A stretch of 64,000 nt of DNA from Candidatus Krumholzibacteriota bacterium (GTDB taxonomy: Bacteria > Krumholzibacteriota > Krumholzibacteriia > JAJRXK01): positions 96,001 to 160,000 of the forward strand of contig CAVSGG010000005.1 in assembly GCA_963727455.1 (NCBI GenBank), given 5' to 3'. The translations under genes were made by a program, and so were the position numbers. Shown here in pieces: positions 27,945 through 38,452 of this stretch. Below the pieces are notes generated by a model that made no database searches, was not told where the DNA came from, and saw only the letters and a program-made list of their open reading frames with translations. How positions within the stretch are numbered: the stretch's first letter is position 1; each line of letters opens with the position of its first letter.

Positions 27945-30224
27945 TCAACTTCGGAAGAGGTACTGGACCTTGAAGAAGAACTGGCGTTGGTCTTCGCGGA
28001 ACTCGGTCCGATAGGGGGGGGCACCACCCCCCGTGAGTTCGACATCCTGGGCGCGGTGGCTGCTGCCCAGGTAGATGGCGGAAAAGGCGTTGATTCGGTA
28101 GGAGAGCAAAGGCTCGAGGGTGAGACTTCGCCGGAAGCTGTCGTACTGCGCGACCAGGCGCAGGAACCACTCCCGGCTGAATTGCAGATTGAGTTTGTTG
28201 CGCAGCACGTAGCCCGCGAAGATCTCGTCGCCGTGTTCTTGGTAATGCAGTTCCTGGTAGTCCCAGTTGGTCTCGAGGGTCAGTCTCTCTGTCGGCTTCA
28301 AGGTGCTCCAGGCCGAAGCATCCAGGCCGTCACCCAGTACCGGTACGTCGAGATTACGGGCGATACGACTCCCATACGAAGCGAGAGCCCCCAGGCCCAG
28401 GGTCTCGCTGAACTTGCTGTCGACGTTGATCTCCCAGCGGCGAATTCCCCGGTAATCATGACCGCGAAAGCGCTCGTTGGAGAAGATCCAATCCGCGCTG
28501 ACCGAGGTTTGTCCCTTCAGATTGAGAGAAATCTGGGGCACCACCCACTCGTCCTTGCGTAGCCCTTCCCAGTTCCAGACCCGGCCGATGGCCACATTGG
28601 GTTGCCACTCGTCCACCAGCGGGCTGTTCGCGGGGTAGAAACTGTAGCCACTCCAGAGATCCATTTCGTGCCGGTCGTTGCGGTACACGAACCCATTGTC
28701 CGAGCGGAATGTCGGGGAAGTGGCCCACCAATCGGTATCGAAATTCCAGTGGCGTGCACTACGCTCCAGGCTCAAGTAGTGCGCATAACCGCTGTAGATC
28801 TCGCCATCGAAAGAGGCGGTGTGTCGTCCCCTGTCGAAGCTGAGGCCCTCGAGTTCCTTGGTGAGCTCGGGATCGTTGGGCTCTTCCGTGTGACTACCCA
28901 CCAGCTGATACTCGAAGCTGTAACTGTGGAAAAACCGTTGTCTCCCGTCGATGCCAAGGGTCGTCCCCGCGCCGCCTCTCTCTTGCCGGCGGTCGGTGCC
29001 CAGCACTCCGATCATGTTGTCATCGCCATAGCTGTGTTTCACCCGGAACAAGTTCGACCAGGAACGTCCGGCCACGAGGAACTCGCTTCGCTCCTGGAAG
29101 GGGAGGGTGTAGGGAGTATTTTCGTCCTGGGCGACGAGGTAACCCGCACTCTCATGGGAAGTGCGGGCCGTGAGTTTTCCGGCCCACTGAGGATCATTGA
29201 TCGAGCGGGTGTACACCTGATCCACCCAGGTGTCATAGAGGTCGCTTCCCTCTTGAAAGAAGGGCCGCTGCTCGGGGTAGAAAAGCGCGAAGGTCGTGTT
29301 GACGGAAATCTGCGCTGCGTCCGATTCAACCTGTGAAAAATCAGGATTGAAGGTACCCTCGGCCGCCAGGCTCGAGGAGATGGAATACCGGGCGCCGACG
29401 CCAAGGTCGAGGCCACTGTCCACGCTCTTCAGTCTGGGATTTTGTGGATCGTCGTTCAGTTCCTGGGCATCGTAGCCCACCACCGAAGGCAGAATCTCCA
29501 AGGCTCCACCAGCGCTCACGCCTTCGATTCCCTTCAGGTAGCCGAATTGGCAGAGCCAGCATGGTTCGTTGCGATCGACGGCCGCCCAGCCGTAGCGCCG
29601 TCGGCTGGCACGCGGTTGGTTACGCCAGAAAGTAGCGCGCCACTCCTGTACCTCACGATTCGGAAACCGCAGGCTCTTGAAGGGCACCTCCATTTCTACC
29701 GACCAGCCGTCTTCACTCATTCTAGCCTCGGTCTTGAAGACGATGTTGAAGCTGAGATCTTCACCGTTCGGGGTCCAACGGAGATCGCCCTGCACGCCGA
29801 GTGGATTCACGAAGAGCTCGTAAGCCCAGGCGCTCGAGCCGTAGGTGTCCAAGATGATGCCGACGTAGTCGTCATCCCAGATGTGATCCCGTTCGGTGAG
29901 CGTGGCGCGCACCATTTTGGGATCGTCTTGCAAGAGGAATGCAATGTATAGGTTCTCATCGTCGTAGCTGATCCAAGCCTGCGAATCGACGGGTGGCTTT
30001 GACTGTTCTCCTGGCCAGTTTTCGCTCCAATCGAGCGCTTTGGCAGCGCCGACCCATCCCTCGTCGTCGAGTTTGCCATCGACCACGATGGTCCCCTGTC
30101 TGCGGTGGACGGTGAGTTCGGGTTTTACGTGCGCTCGGAACTGCGCACTCGCGCTCGTGGGGAGTGAACACACCGAAGGCACCGCAGCAAGGAAAATTGC
30201 GAGAGGATAAAATTGGGAGCGCAT
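27945..30224 (-). CDS. CBM9-like + DUF5916 outer-membrane protein
   Basis: VDGKLDDEGW, YDDENLY, WSVEMEVPFKSLRF, NPDFSQVESD, EQRPFFQEG, C-terminal FFKVQYLF. Confidence 0.85.
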   Translation of the reverse strand: MRSQFYPLAIFLAAVPSVCSLPTSASAQFRAHVKPELTVHRRQGTIVVDGKLDDEGWVGAAKALDWSENWPGEQSKPPVDSQAWISYDDENLYIAFLLQDDPKMVRATLTERDHIWDDDYVGIILDTYGSSAWAYELFVNPLGVQGDLRWTPNGEDLSFNIVFKTEARMSEDGWSVEMEVPFKSLRFPNREVQEWRATFWRNQPRASRRRYGWAAVDRNEPCWLCQFGYLKGIEGVSAGGALEILPSVVGYDAQELNDDPQNPRLKSVDSGLDLGVGARYSISSSLAAEGTFNPDFSQVESDAAQISVNTTFALFYPEQRPFFQEGSDLYDTWVDQVYTRSINDPQWAGKLTARTSHESAGYLVAQDENTPYTLPFQERSEFLVAGRSWSNLFRVKHSYGDDNMIGVLGTDRRQERGGAGTTLGIDGRQRFFHSYSFEYQLVGSHTEEPNDPELTKELEGLSFDRGRHTASFDGEIYSGYAHYLSLERSARHWNFDTDWWATSPTFRSDNGFVYRNDRHEMDLWSGYSFYPANSPLVDEWQPNVAIGRVWNWEGLRKDEWVVPQISLNLKGQTSVSADWIFSNERFRGHDYRGIRRWEINVDSKFSETLGLGALASYGSRIARNLDVPVLGDGLDASAWSTLKPTERLTLETNWDYQELHYQEHGDEIFAGYVLRNKLNLQFSREWFLRLVAQYDSFRRSLTLEPLLSYRINAFSAIYLGSSHRAQDVELTGGGAPPYRTEFREDQRQFFFKVQYLFRS

Positions 30225-30247
30225 GCATCGATTGGGTTGAAGGAGTG

Positions 30248-31036
30248 CTACTCTTCGAAAATACGTGAGATGCCGCCCAGAATGGACCCCTCTCCCTTGC
30301 TGCTGCCGCCGGTCCGCGGCGCATGGGCGATCACGCGGTCGGCCAAACGCGAGAAGGGGAGACTCTGCAGCCAGACTTTACCGTAGCCCTTCAGGGTAGC
30401 AAGGAAGAGCCCTTCGCCTCCGAAGACCATGCTCTTGAGATTTCCCGCCCGCTCGATGTCGTAGTTGATCCCTGGTGTGAAGGCGACGAGACAACCGGTG
30501 TCCACGCGCAGTGTCTCCCCGTGCAGTTCGCGCTCCAAGACGGTTCCCCCCGCGTGAAGGAAGACGAGACCATCTCCCACCAAGCGTTCCAGAATGAACC
30601 CTTCGCCCCCGAAGAGACCCGCCCCGAGGCGCTTGTTCAGAGCAATGTCCAACTTCGTGCCGAAGGCCGCGCACAAGAACGAGTCCTTTTGACAGATCAG
30701 TTCTCCCCTGAGCTTGCTCATGTCGACTGCGATGATCTTGCCGGGATAAGGCGCTGCGAAGGAAACGTGGGATTTTCCGCTTCCGAGCGCATTGGTGAAA
30801 TGCGTGATGAAGAGGGATTCCCCGGTGATCACGCGTTTGCCAGCGCTGAAGAGCTTTCCCATGAGGGTTTCGTTGGCCGCGGATCCGTCTCCCATGTGAG
30901 CTTGGAAGTCGATGCCGTCCTCCATGTAGTTCATGGCGCCGGCCTCGGCGATGATCGTCTCGCCCGGATCGAGCTCGATTTCGACCATCTGTAGATCGTC
31001 GCCAATGATCTCGTAATCGACTTCGTGACAGCGCAT
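30248..31036 (-). CDS. TIGR00266/AIM24 family protein
   Basis: [37 protein letters not shown]. Confidence 0.9.
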   Translation of the reverse strand: MRCHEVDYEIIGDDLQMVEIELDPGETIIAEAGAMNYMEDGIDFQAHMGDGSAANETLMGKLFSAGKRVITGESLFITHFTNALGSGKSHVSFAAPYPGKIIAVDMSKLRGELICQKDSFLCAAFGTKLDIALNKRLGAGLFGGEGFILERLVGDGLVFLHAGGTVLERELHGETLRVDTGCLVAFTPGINYDIERAGNLKSMVFGGEGLFLATLKGYGKVWLQSLPFSRLADRVIAHAPRTGGSSKGEGSILGGISRIFEE

Positions 31037-31211
31037 GATGGCTCCTAGATTCTGGGGTTCTTGATTCCGCGTGAGTGCAGCCGTCTCATCCTACTCGTCC
31101 CAATCCGCCGGCGAAAGTCTCGATTCGGCGCCGCTTCGCGCCCCCGCTGGCCAAGCCGGGCGGCTCTGATATCTTCTGCAAATCCGAGCTCCTCCATCGG
31201 CAGGCAAAACA

Positions 31212-31895
31212 GTGCGAGAGAACTTCGACCATCTGCTTGGGGCCCCCCCGAGAGTTCGTACCCTGGCAAAATCGCTGCGGGGCTCTCTGCCCGGCCAGCG
31301 GGGTCAGCGCCTGATGTGGCCGCGAGATCTCTCATCGGACCGTTTCAACCGTCCGCCCGGAGACGCCAGGCTAGCTGCCGTGCTCATTCTCCTCTACGAG
31401 CATGAGGGCAGGATCTGTTTCCCTCTTCAGCGCAGAAAAGAGGTCATCGGAGATCCTCACGGCGGTCAGATCAGCCTGCCTGGGGGGAGTCGCGAGGGCA
31501 ATGAGAGGGTGGAGGCGACCGCGCTGCGGGAAGCGCAGGAGGAGCTTGGAATCGATCCGGACCGCGTGCGTGTGCTGGGACGGCTGAGCCGGCTTTGGAT
31601 TCCGGTGAGCCACTTCAAGGTGCGTCCCGTCGTGGCCTGGACCGATTCGGAACCGGCCTACCGGCTGGATCCCAAGGAAGTGGAACAGCTCATTCTGTGT
31701 TCGCTGGAAGAACTCGAGAACCCGAAGCGGATGGTGAGCTTCGCTCGGAAGATCAGAGGTCGCAGCCGACGCGTACCGGCATGGCGTCTCGACGATGGCT
31801 ATCTGTGGGGCGCGACAGCGATGATCCTGGCCGAGCTCATCTCGATTGTACGCGCGGCGGAAGGTCTTCCTTCGCTTCTTCTGCCACCAGACTGA
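31212..31895 (+). CDS. NUDIX CoA pyrophosphatase
   Basis: AAVLI, HGGQISLPGG, Nudix box TALREAQEELG, LWGATA. Confidence 0.88.
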   Translation: MRENFDHLLGAPPRVRTLAKSLRGSLPGQRGQRLMWPRDLSSDRFNRPPGDARLAAVLILLYEHEGRICFPLQRRKEVIGDPHGGQISLPGGSREGNERVEATALREAQEELGIDPDRVRVLGRLSRLWIPVSHFKVRPVVAWTDSEPAYRLDPKEVEQLILCSLEELENPKRMVSFARKIRGRSRRVPAWRLDDGYLWGATAMILAELISIVRAAEGLPSLLLPPD

Positions 31896-34389
31896 AGTCG
31901 ACCACCAGCGGCAGATGATCCGAGGCCACTCGCGTCAGACGGTTCCGCGGAACGATGACTCGATCCGTGCGCACGAAATCCGTGGTGTAGACGTGATCGA
32001 TGCGGCGGAGAGGTAAGCGTCCACTCCAGGTTCGAGGCACCACCACCCGGGTGGGTCCGCTCCCGACGTTGGAAAGAACTTCGCTGAGCCGGCGACAGGT
32101 CCAGCTGGACATGCCGGCATTGAGATCTCCGCAGAGAATCAACGGTACGCGGTCCAGTTCTGCCCCGAGCCATCCTCGCTGCAGGAGGAACTCGACCTGG
32201 AGCCGTCGCTCGCGTTCGAGAATGCTGAGGTGCGTGTTGAGCACCTGAATCTTCGAGCCTTCGATATCCGCTTCCACCCAGAGGATGCCACGCTCTTCCA
32301 GGCCCGGAAAACCCTTGAGCGAGGGCAGGCCGGCTTGATCGACCATCCGCAAGGGGTAGTGGCTCAGGATCGCGTTTCCGAACTTCCCGTCGACGAAGCT
32401 GTTCACTGCATGAAAGCGAAAGTCCGTCTGCAAGCTCCGTGAAATCAGCTCCACTTGGCGCACGCTGCCCGAGCGCTCACGTTTGTCGTCGAGTTCCTGC
32501 AGACAGATGATGTCCGCCTGGAGCCGCGAGAGAACACGCGCGATGCGCTGCGGAGAAAACTTGCCGTCCATGCCGCGACAGCCGTGAACGTTGTAGCTCG
32601 CCACGCGCAAGTGGAGGCGCGGCTTTCGCTCGTAGCGGGGCGGTTGACGCACCCGCGCCAGTCGCCGCGTCAGTTTCCGGTCGGGCAAAATGATGCCCGC
32701 CAAGGAGCGCAGGGCCATTTCGCGCAGGTGGATTGGTCGGAGCACCCCTTCCATGGGCTGGCCGAGTGTGGCTTCCTTGGGAAGCAGCACGAAGGCCGTG
32801 CACTCGCGCGGTCCGGGCCCGCCGTGTGCGCCGTTCTCGGTTTGCAGAGACATGGGCTTGCCCGGTTGATATCCGAAGAGCGCCAGAGGCCCGGCATCGG
32901 GGTGGTGCAGAAGGCGAAGAGAGTCGGAAGTCACGTGCTTGAGGTAGGGATGGTCGCTGCCGAAAACTTCGGCGGCATCCTCGGGAAGTCTGCAGGCCGG
33001 GCCTTTGCGCCGGAAGACCACCGCACCGTCCCCTTCGGCTACCATCACCATGGGCACTGCAGCCGTCTTTGCGATGAGTCTCGCGAGTCGCAGATGAGCT
33101 TCGTGGGTCATCTCGTGGGCGGGATACACGAATCCCGTCGGACCCTGGTGAGCGACCCGCAGGACCTTGGGCGGTGTGGGCGCAGGGCCCATCTCGACCC
33201 GGGAGGCGAGCTCGGCACCGCGCCGGCCCTGCATCCAGAGCGGCAATTCGGTACGCAACCACTGGGAACGGCCCATTTCGGGGGGCATGTGCGGCGCACG
33301 TTTCCTCTTTAGCTCATAGTCCTGCGCTTCATTCAACTCGAAGCGACGCACAACTCTCTCCACGGCACGCCCGAGATCCTCCGGGCGCTCTCTCGGATAG
33401 GGAACGGTGGGCTCCTGTCCGTGGTCGGAGTAGATCCAGACCTGGTAGTCGCGATGCTTGGAGCGGTGCGCCGCCAACCAGACACGGCGCAGAGAGTGGT
33501 CGATCCCCTTCAGAGTCCAACGCGCGAAGCGCGAATCGGGGCCGCGGCGGTGCGCATGCTCGTCGTAGCCCAGGAAGTTGAGCTGGATGATCGGTAGTCC
33601 GCGTTCACAGTCGATCGACGCTCCTGCGGTGACGATCTCACGCATGACAGCGCTGACGATGACGCGGGTGGGAACGAAACGCAATTCGGCGAAGAAGCTG
33701 TGGCCGGCCAGAGTTCCGAGGGTGAAATCGTAGGTCGCCAGTGCGAGCTCGACTAGAGTGTAGGCGAAGATTCGGACCAGGCTCCAGCCGTACCAGAGTA
33801 CCAAGCCCAGCATGCGAAAGGGATTCAGGGCCTGCCAGATCATCTCCAGGCCCGCGGTCGATGCGCAGAGATGAGGTTCGTCCGCGTCACCGTGAAAGAT
33901 GTTGGACCAGGAAGATCCGCCGCGCATGAGCCCTTCGGCCTCTTTTTGCAGCTTGTCCTCGACCGCCGACGCAGCGGTGGGGTCGTTCATACTCACGATG
34001 CGTCCGAGACTGGAATTGAAGTAGCCGAAGGCAGGGACGGCGCCTTTGACTCCGTAGAAGAACTCGGCCTGGAAACCCGGAGTGGAGGAGGGCATTCCGG
34101 TATACATCGGGCGCAGCTGCTGGTCCTCGTGGTCCAGCAGGTATTTCAGGAAGGGCATACGTCCTTCACGCACCGCGCGTTGGACGACGTCGTAGCCGAG
34201 ACCATCGATCTGCATGAGCACGAGCCCAGCCTCAGGGTGGTCCCCGCCGCCCGGAACGTATCCCAACAGGCGTGCACTCCAACGATTGCGGCTGAACAGA
34301 CGCCGTAGTCGTGAGGCGAGAATTTCCAGTCGATCCATCATATCCCGGTGTGAGGGCTCCACCGGGAATCCCCATTCCCGATTCTTCAC
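31837..34389 (-). CDS. Fusion of an alkaline-phosphatase-superfamily domain and an endonuclease/exonuclease/phosphatase (EEP) domain
   Basis: QIDGL, PSST, YDEHAH, SDHGQ, HGG, followed by SYNVH, LQE, NTHL, GDLN, RIDH, SDHLP. Confidence 0.85.
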   Translation of the reverse strand: MKNREWGFPVEPSHRDMMDRLEILASRLRRLFSRNRWSARLLGYVPGGGDHPEAGLVLMQIDGLGYDVVQRAVREGRMPFLKYLLDHEDQQLRPMYTGMPSSTPGFQAEFFYGVKGAVPAFGYFNSSLGRIVSMNDPTAASAVEDKLQKEAEGLMRGGSSWSNIFHGDADEPHLCASTAGLEMIWQALNPFRMLGLVLWYGWSLVRIFAYTLVELALATYDFTLGTLAGHSFFAELRFVPTRVIVSAVMREIVTAGASIDCERGLPIIQLNFLGYDEHAHRRGPDSRFARWTLKGIDHSLRRVWLAAHRSKHRDYQVWIYSDHGQEPTVPYPRERPEDLGRAVERVVRRFELNEAQDYELKRKRAPHMPPEMGRSQWLRTELPLWMQGRRGAELASRVEMGPAPTPPKVLRVAHQGPTGFVYPAHEMTHEAHLRLARLIAKTAAVPMVMVAEGDGAVVFRRKGPACRLPEDAAEVFGSDHPYLKHVTSDSLRLLHHPDAGPLALFGYQPGKPMSLQTENGAHGGPGPRECTAFVLLPKEATLGQPMEGVLRPIHLREMALRSLAGIILPDRKLTRRLARVRQPPRYERKPRLHLRVASYNVHGCRGMDGKFSPQRIARVLSRLQADIICLQELDDKRERSGSVRQVELISRSLQTDFRFHAVNSFVDGKFGNAILSHYPLRMVDQAGLPSLKGFPGLEERGILWVEADIEGSKIQVLNTHLSILERERRLQVEFLLQRGWLGAELDRVPLILCGDLNAGMSSWTCRRLSEVLSNVGSGPTRVVVPRTWSGRLPLRRIDHVYTTDFVRTDRVIVPRNRLTRVASDHLPLVVDFSLVAEEAKEDLPPRVQSR

Positions 34390-34481
34390 TCACCAGAACA
34401 AAATCGTCGCATTGGGCTCGCTTGTCACGCACTGGCTTCAGGTCTTGTCGACCTTGCTGGGTGGAGGCAGCTCGAGCTCGA

Positions 34482-35979
34482 TCATTTCGGGAAGCGGTTC
34501 GACTGGGTTGATGGCTCCTGAAAGGAGCTTTGCGCCGGGTGCGCCGGTTCGAGATGCGTGACCATGGCGGACTGGAGCCGCTGGCCCGAAGGCTGTTCCG
34601 CCTTGCTGGAAGGTGCGTGGGAGGAGTGCACCATGAAATGTTGCAGCAGCAGCACCAGGGTTGCGGCCACGATAAGAGCTACGAGGGCTCCGACAAGAGT
34701 CTTCCACACCGGCTTGGGGTGCCCTTCCAAGAGCTCGCGGCCTTCCTTGGCGACGCTCGCGGGCCGCACCGGACGACTCACCCTTCGGGCTGCAGCAGAG
34801 GACTTCGGGTCGCCGGACGAGGGACTGATCGCTCCGCTCTGCCGGCCGGAGCGAAGGTCCTTGGCGGGACCCGCCGAACCAGAGGAAGGCGAGCCGGAGG
34901 GAGGAAGAGGATTGATGCGCGGCAGCAATACTCCCTTCGAACGAGGGTCGGCCGCATTCGGGTCGGCAATCTCCGTCGTGCTGCCCACCACCGCGTCCAT
35001 GCTGGAGCTGCGGCGCGGGCTCTTCGCGCCACTGCCCGGAGAACGGCGCGTGCCTCCACTGCGGCCGGAACCTGGGGAGGAGATGCCGTTGCTGTGACGT
35101 CGGCGCATCGATTCCGTTTCCAGGCCCATGGTCAGTTCCGAAATGAGATCGCGCGGGCCGCGTTTGGCCGAGCCGGCGAGCTGCTTCAGGACGAGGACCA
35201 GTTCATCCATCGACTGCGGCCGGTTCTTGGGGTTCTTTTCCAAACAGGCGCTGATAATGCGCTCCAGCCCTGGGGGCAGATCACGGCGGAGTTCCCGCGC
35301 GGGTCGGGGTTCCCGCGAGATGATGGCGTGAAGGGTGGACAGATCGTTCTCTCCGGAGAAGGGCAGATGGCCGGTGACCATCTGGTAGAGCAGGGAGCCG
35401 AAGGAGAAGATGTCGGTTGAGGCGGTCAGATCGTCACCTCGAGCCTGCTCCGGCGACATGTAGGCGACGGTGCCATAACTCTCCGGCCCGGTGGTCTCCA
35501 CGGTACGGCGTGGTCTCAGCGCCAGACCGAAATCCATGACCTTCACCTCGCCGCGGTGGGTGATCACTACGTTGGCGGGTTTGATATCGCGGTGGATGAT
35601 ACCGTGCTCGTGGGCGGCGGAAATTCCCAGCGCCGTGCCCAGTGCGATCTCGACGATGCGAGGAATCTCCAGGCGGGTGGACACCATGATCTCGCGCAGC
35701 GTTCGCCCTTCGACGTACTCCATGCAGATCGCGTAGACCCCGCCGTTTTCCTCGACCGAGTGGATCACCGCGATGTTGGGATGCTGCGAGTCGCGCGCAG
35801 GAACGCGCTTCGTCCAAGAGACGTCCCTGCGCCACACGATCACTCGTGAGCGAGCGGGGCAGGAACTTGAGCGCAACCCGGCGTTCGAGATTCATGTCCA
35901 CCGCGAGGTAGACCTCACCCATCCCACCGGTGCCCAAAAGGCGCTCGATTTCGAAGTGGCAATAACGCGATCCGATCAT
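34482..35979 (-). CDS. Membrane Hanks-type Ser/Thr protein kinase; frameshift near 35790
   Basis: LGTGGMGEVY and VALKF in ORF 35434-35979; HPNI, HRDIKPAN, DFG, YMSPEQ and a TM helix in ORF 34482-35876. Confidence 0.88.
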
Positions 35980-36023
35980 GAAAGTCAGTGGGCATCAACC
36001 ACCGTGCCAGGGCGCCGCAGCCC

Positions 36024-36872
36024 TCATTTCCCCTTTCGGACCGCCTCGACGAGACGGGTCGCACGTTCTAACTCTATGGGTTGATACCACTTGGAGTCGT
36101 GCTTGAGACTCGTACCCACGATGAGGGCGTCGGCGAGTGGAGCCAGGCGTGGCGCATTTTGCACCGTCAGCCCGCTACCGAGCACCAGAGGCAAGCTGCT
36201 GACGGCCCGGGCCCGCTCGAAGTCCTCGCCTTGGGCGCGACTCCGGTAGAGGCGCCGGTGATCACTGCGGCGGATGCCCCGTGGAGTTCCAGGGTTCCGT
36301 AGGACGTCCTCCAGACTCAGATCCGCCGTGGCCGCGTGGCTGGCGTGTTTTTTCTTCACATCGGCCCATACGGCCAGCTCGCAGGCGCCAATCGCTCGCG
36401 CGTAGCGCAGCGTGGCTCCCGCACTGGCCTCAGCCCATCCCTTGTCGGAGAGGTGGCCGTAGGTCCAGGCCTCCGCCCGGAGAAAATCCAATCCGGCGGC
36501 CTGGGCCACCGCCGTGGCCACCCGGTGGGCCGCGAAGAGTACCTGGATCCCCACGCGGATCTCCGGCGGAGCCAGAGCGCGGATCTCGTGCGCGAGGACC
36601 GCCATGTAGGCCGGGACCTCGGGCCCCATCTCGCCCTCTCGCAGGGGAGGGAAATCGTGCATGTTCTCCAGGAGGAGACCGTCAAATCCCGCTTTGAGAA
36701 GGGTTTGCGCATCCGCCTTCGCCCGCGAAAGACAGAGTTCCATGGGCTCCTGTCCGGGGCTTCCCGGGCTAGGCAAGACGTGGATCATCCCCACCAGAGC
36801 GGGAGTGATTTCGAAAAGAAAGCGCAATTCGAGCCGGATGAAGCATGGAACCCTCCCAAAGAATCTGCTCAT
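36024..36872 (-). CDS. BtpA/SgcQ family TIM-barrel protein; short compensating frameshift ~36230-36295
   Basis: GMIHV..PGSP, LLENMHDFP, ADVKKKH, GSG, IVGTSLK. The expected VITGASTG lies in an alternative frame. Confidence 0.85.
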   Translation of the reverse strand: MSRFFGRVPCFIRLELRFLFEITPALVGMIHVLPSPGSPGQEPMELCLSRAKADAQTLLKAGFDGLLLENMHDFPPLREGEMGPEVPAYMAVLAHEIRALAPPEIRVGIQVLFAAHRVATAVAQAAGLDFLRAEAWTYGHLSDKGWAEASAGATLRYARAIGACELAVWADVKKKHASHAATADLSLEDVLRNPGTPRGIRRSDHRRLYRSRAQGEDFERARAVSSLPLVLGSGLTVQNAPRLAPLADALIVGTSLKHDSKWYQPIELERATRLVEAVRKGK

Positions 36873-36908
36873 TTCAGGCGAGAATCCGCTGGATTCCGCA
36901 AGTTTTGT

Positions 36909-36981
36909 TTGACACCTCAGGGGCCGGTCCAGAAGATACCGGCACTGTAGCTACCTTTTCCCCGCTTCCCTTTGCAGGAGG
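36909..36981 (+). promoter_or_regulatory. Promoter and RBS of the histone-fold gene
   Basis: TTGACA 36909-36914, weak -10 GAAGAT at 17-nt spacing, AGGAGG 36976-36981. Confidence 0.5.
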
Positions 36982-36990
36982 GCTGACACT

Positions 36991-37161
36991 ATGGCCGAGA
37001 TGATCATTTCCAAGGCGAGGACCAAGGCCGCCGCCAACGAATGCAACGTTTCCAGCGACTTCTACGAGGCTCTCGACGCCAAAGTGCGCGAGCTCATTGC
37101 CACTGCGGAGAAGCGTGCGACGGAGAACGGCCGCAAGACGATTCGCCCCTACGATCTCTAG
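36991..37161 (+). CDS. Bacterial histone-fold protein (56 aa)
   Basis: MAEMIISKARTKAAANECNVSSDFYEALDAKVRELIATAEKRATENGRKTIRPYDL, with RKTxxxxD motif, strong RBS and downstream hairpin. Below the ORF-track length cutoff. Confidence 0.85.
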   Translation: MAEMIISKARTKAAANECNVSSDFYEALDAKVRELIATAEKRATENGRKTIRPYDL

Positions 37162-37246
37162 CCATCATTCGACCTTTGTTCCGGGAGAACGCATGTGATC
37201 CCGGCCCCGAAGCCTCTGGCGTGGCCAGAGGCTTCGATGTGTCCTC

Positions 37247-38260
37247 TCAGCCGGGCGCGACTCCCAGACCGAAGCCCTGGGGAATCGTGATCCTCCCGCG
37301 CTCCACCACGCTGGGAACGAAGGGATCCTCGGCCAAGAGCGCGGCCCCGTCCAGGTCCGCCCAGCGCGCCAGCGGCGCCAGATGCGAGGCGGCGGCAATT
37401 CCCAAAGAACTCTCTACGAAACAGCCCAGCATTACTTCCAATCCCAGACCGCGGGCGGCATGGATCATGGCTACCGCTTGCCGCAGGCCTCCGGCTTTCA
37501 TGAGTTTCACGTTGATGCCGTCGTAGACCCCGCCCAGCTCACTGATTGCATCCAGATTCGCAGCATCCTCGTCCGCAACCAGGGGCAGACTGGAGACTTT
37601 CCGAAGCCGGCGAATGGCGTCGTGCTGCCCGGCAGGAAGCGGCTGTTCCACGAGTTCGCAGCCCACCTTCTCCAGCCAGGGGAGTTTCTCCATCGCCTCC
37701 TCCTCGCTCCAGGCTTCGTTGACGTCGACCCGGAAGGGGCGATCGCTCCAGGTTCGCAGACTCTCGACCGCTGTCTCATCCTCGGGACCGCCCCCCAACT
37801 TGAGCTTCAAGATGGGCCAGCCCCGGGCCTCCAGGGCACGTTCCCGCAATGACTCGGGCTCGTCGATGGAGATGGTGAAGGAAGAGAGGGGGGTTTGTCC
37901 CGGATCGATCGCCAGCAAGCGGCACAACGGCAGCTTGCGAGCCTGTCCGACCCAATCGAAGAGCGCGGCCTCGAGCGCGCATTGGGCGGAACTCTGCTGA
38001 GTATGGTGTGTTTCGAAGCGCCCCATCACTTCCTCGAGGTAATAGGGGCTGAGTTCTTTCGGCGGGGAGAAGCTCGCGAGGGCTTCCAGAGCGCTCTCCT
38101 GACTCTGACCGTAGCGCGCGTTGGGAGCGCCTTCTCCTCTGCCCACGAGACCTTCGTGCTCGACCTCGACCAGGATGTTCGAGGCTGTGAGTTTGCTGCC
38201 GCGTGCGATGGTGAAGGGTCGAGACAGCGGCAAGTCGAGAGCTCGAGCGTGAATCTTCAT
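37247..38260 (-). CDS. L-Ala-D/L-Glu dipeptide epimerase (enolase superfamily)
   Basis: PFTIARG, KLKLG, VDVNE, EQP, ADE, NVKLMK, GCFVES, DLDG. Confidence 0.9.
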   Translation of the reverse strand: MKIHARALDLPLSRPFTIARGSKLTASNILVEVEHEGLVGRGEGAPNARYGQSQESALEALASFSPPKELSPYYLEEVMGRFETHHTQQSSAQCALEAALFDWVGQARKLPLCRLLAIDPGQTPLSSFTISIDEPESLRERALEARGWPILKLKLGGGPEDETAVESLRTWSDRPFRVDVNEAWSEEEAMEKLPWLEKVGCELVEQPLPAGQHDAIRRLRKVSSLPLVADEDAANLDAISELGGVYDGINVKLMKAGGLRQAVAMIHAARGLGLEVMLGCFVESSLGIAAASHLAPLARWADLDGAALLAEDPFVPSVVERGRITIPQGFGLGVAPG

Positions 38261-38452
38261 GAGGAACTCCCTGGGTTCGACTTCTCTCCTACGCCAGCCG
38301 GGGCACTTCGGCAAGAGCTGATTCACCCGGAGCGCCGCTTCGGGGCGCCGCGCGGGCGCGATTTGAAGGCAGAGCTGCCATCCTGAGCCATCGACCCTAA
38401 ATTTGAAAGAGTCCTCCCGGCGATAGCTGCGTCTCCCGGGGGAGATCTCCTC

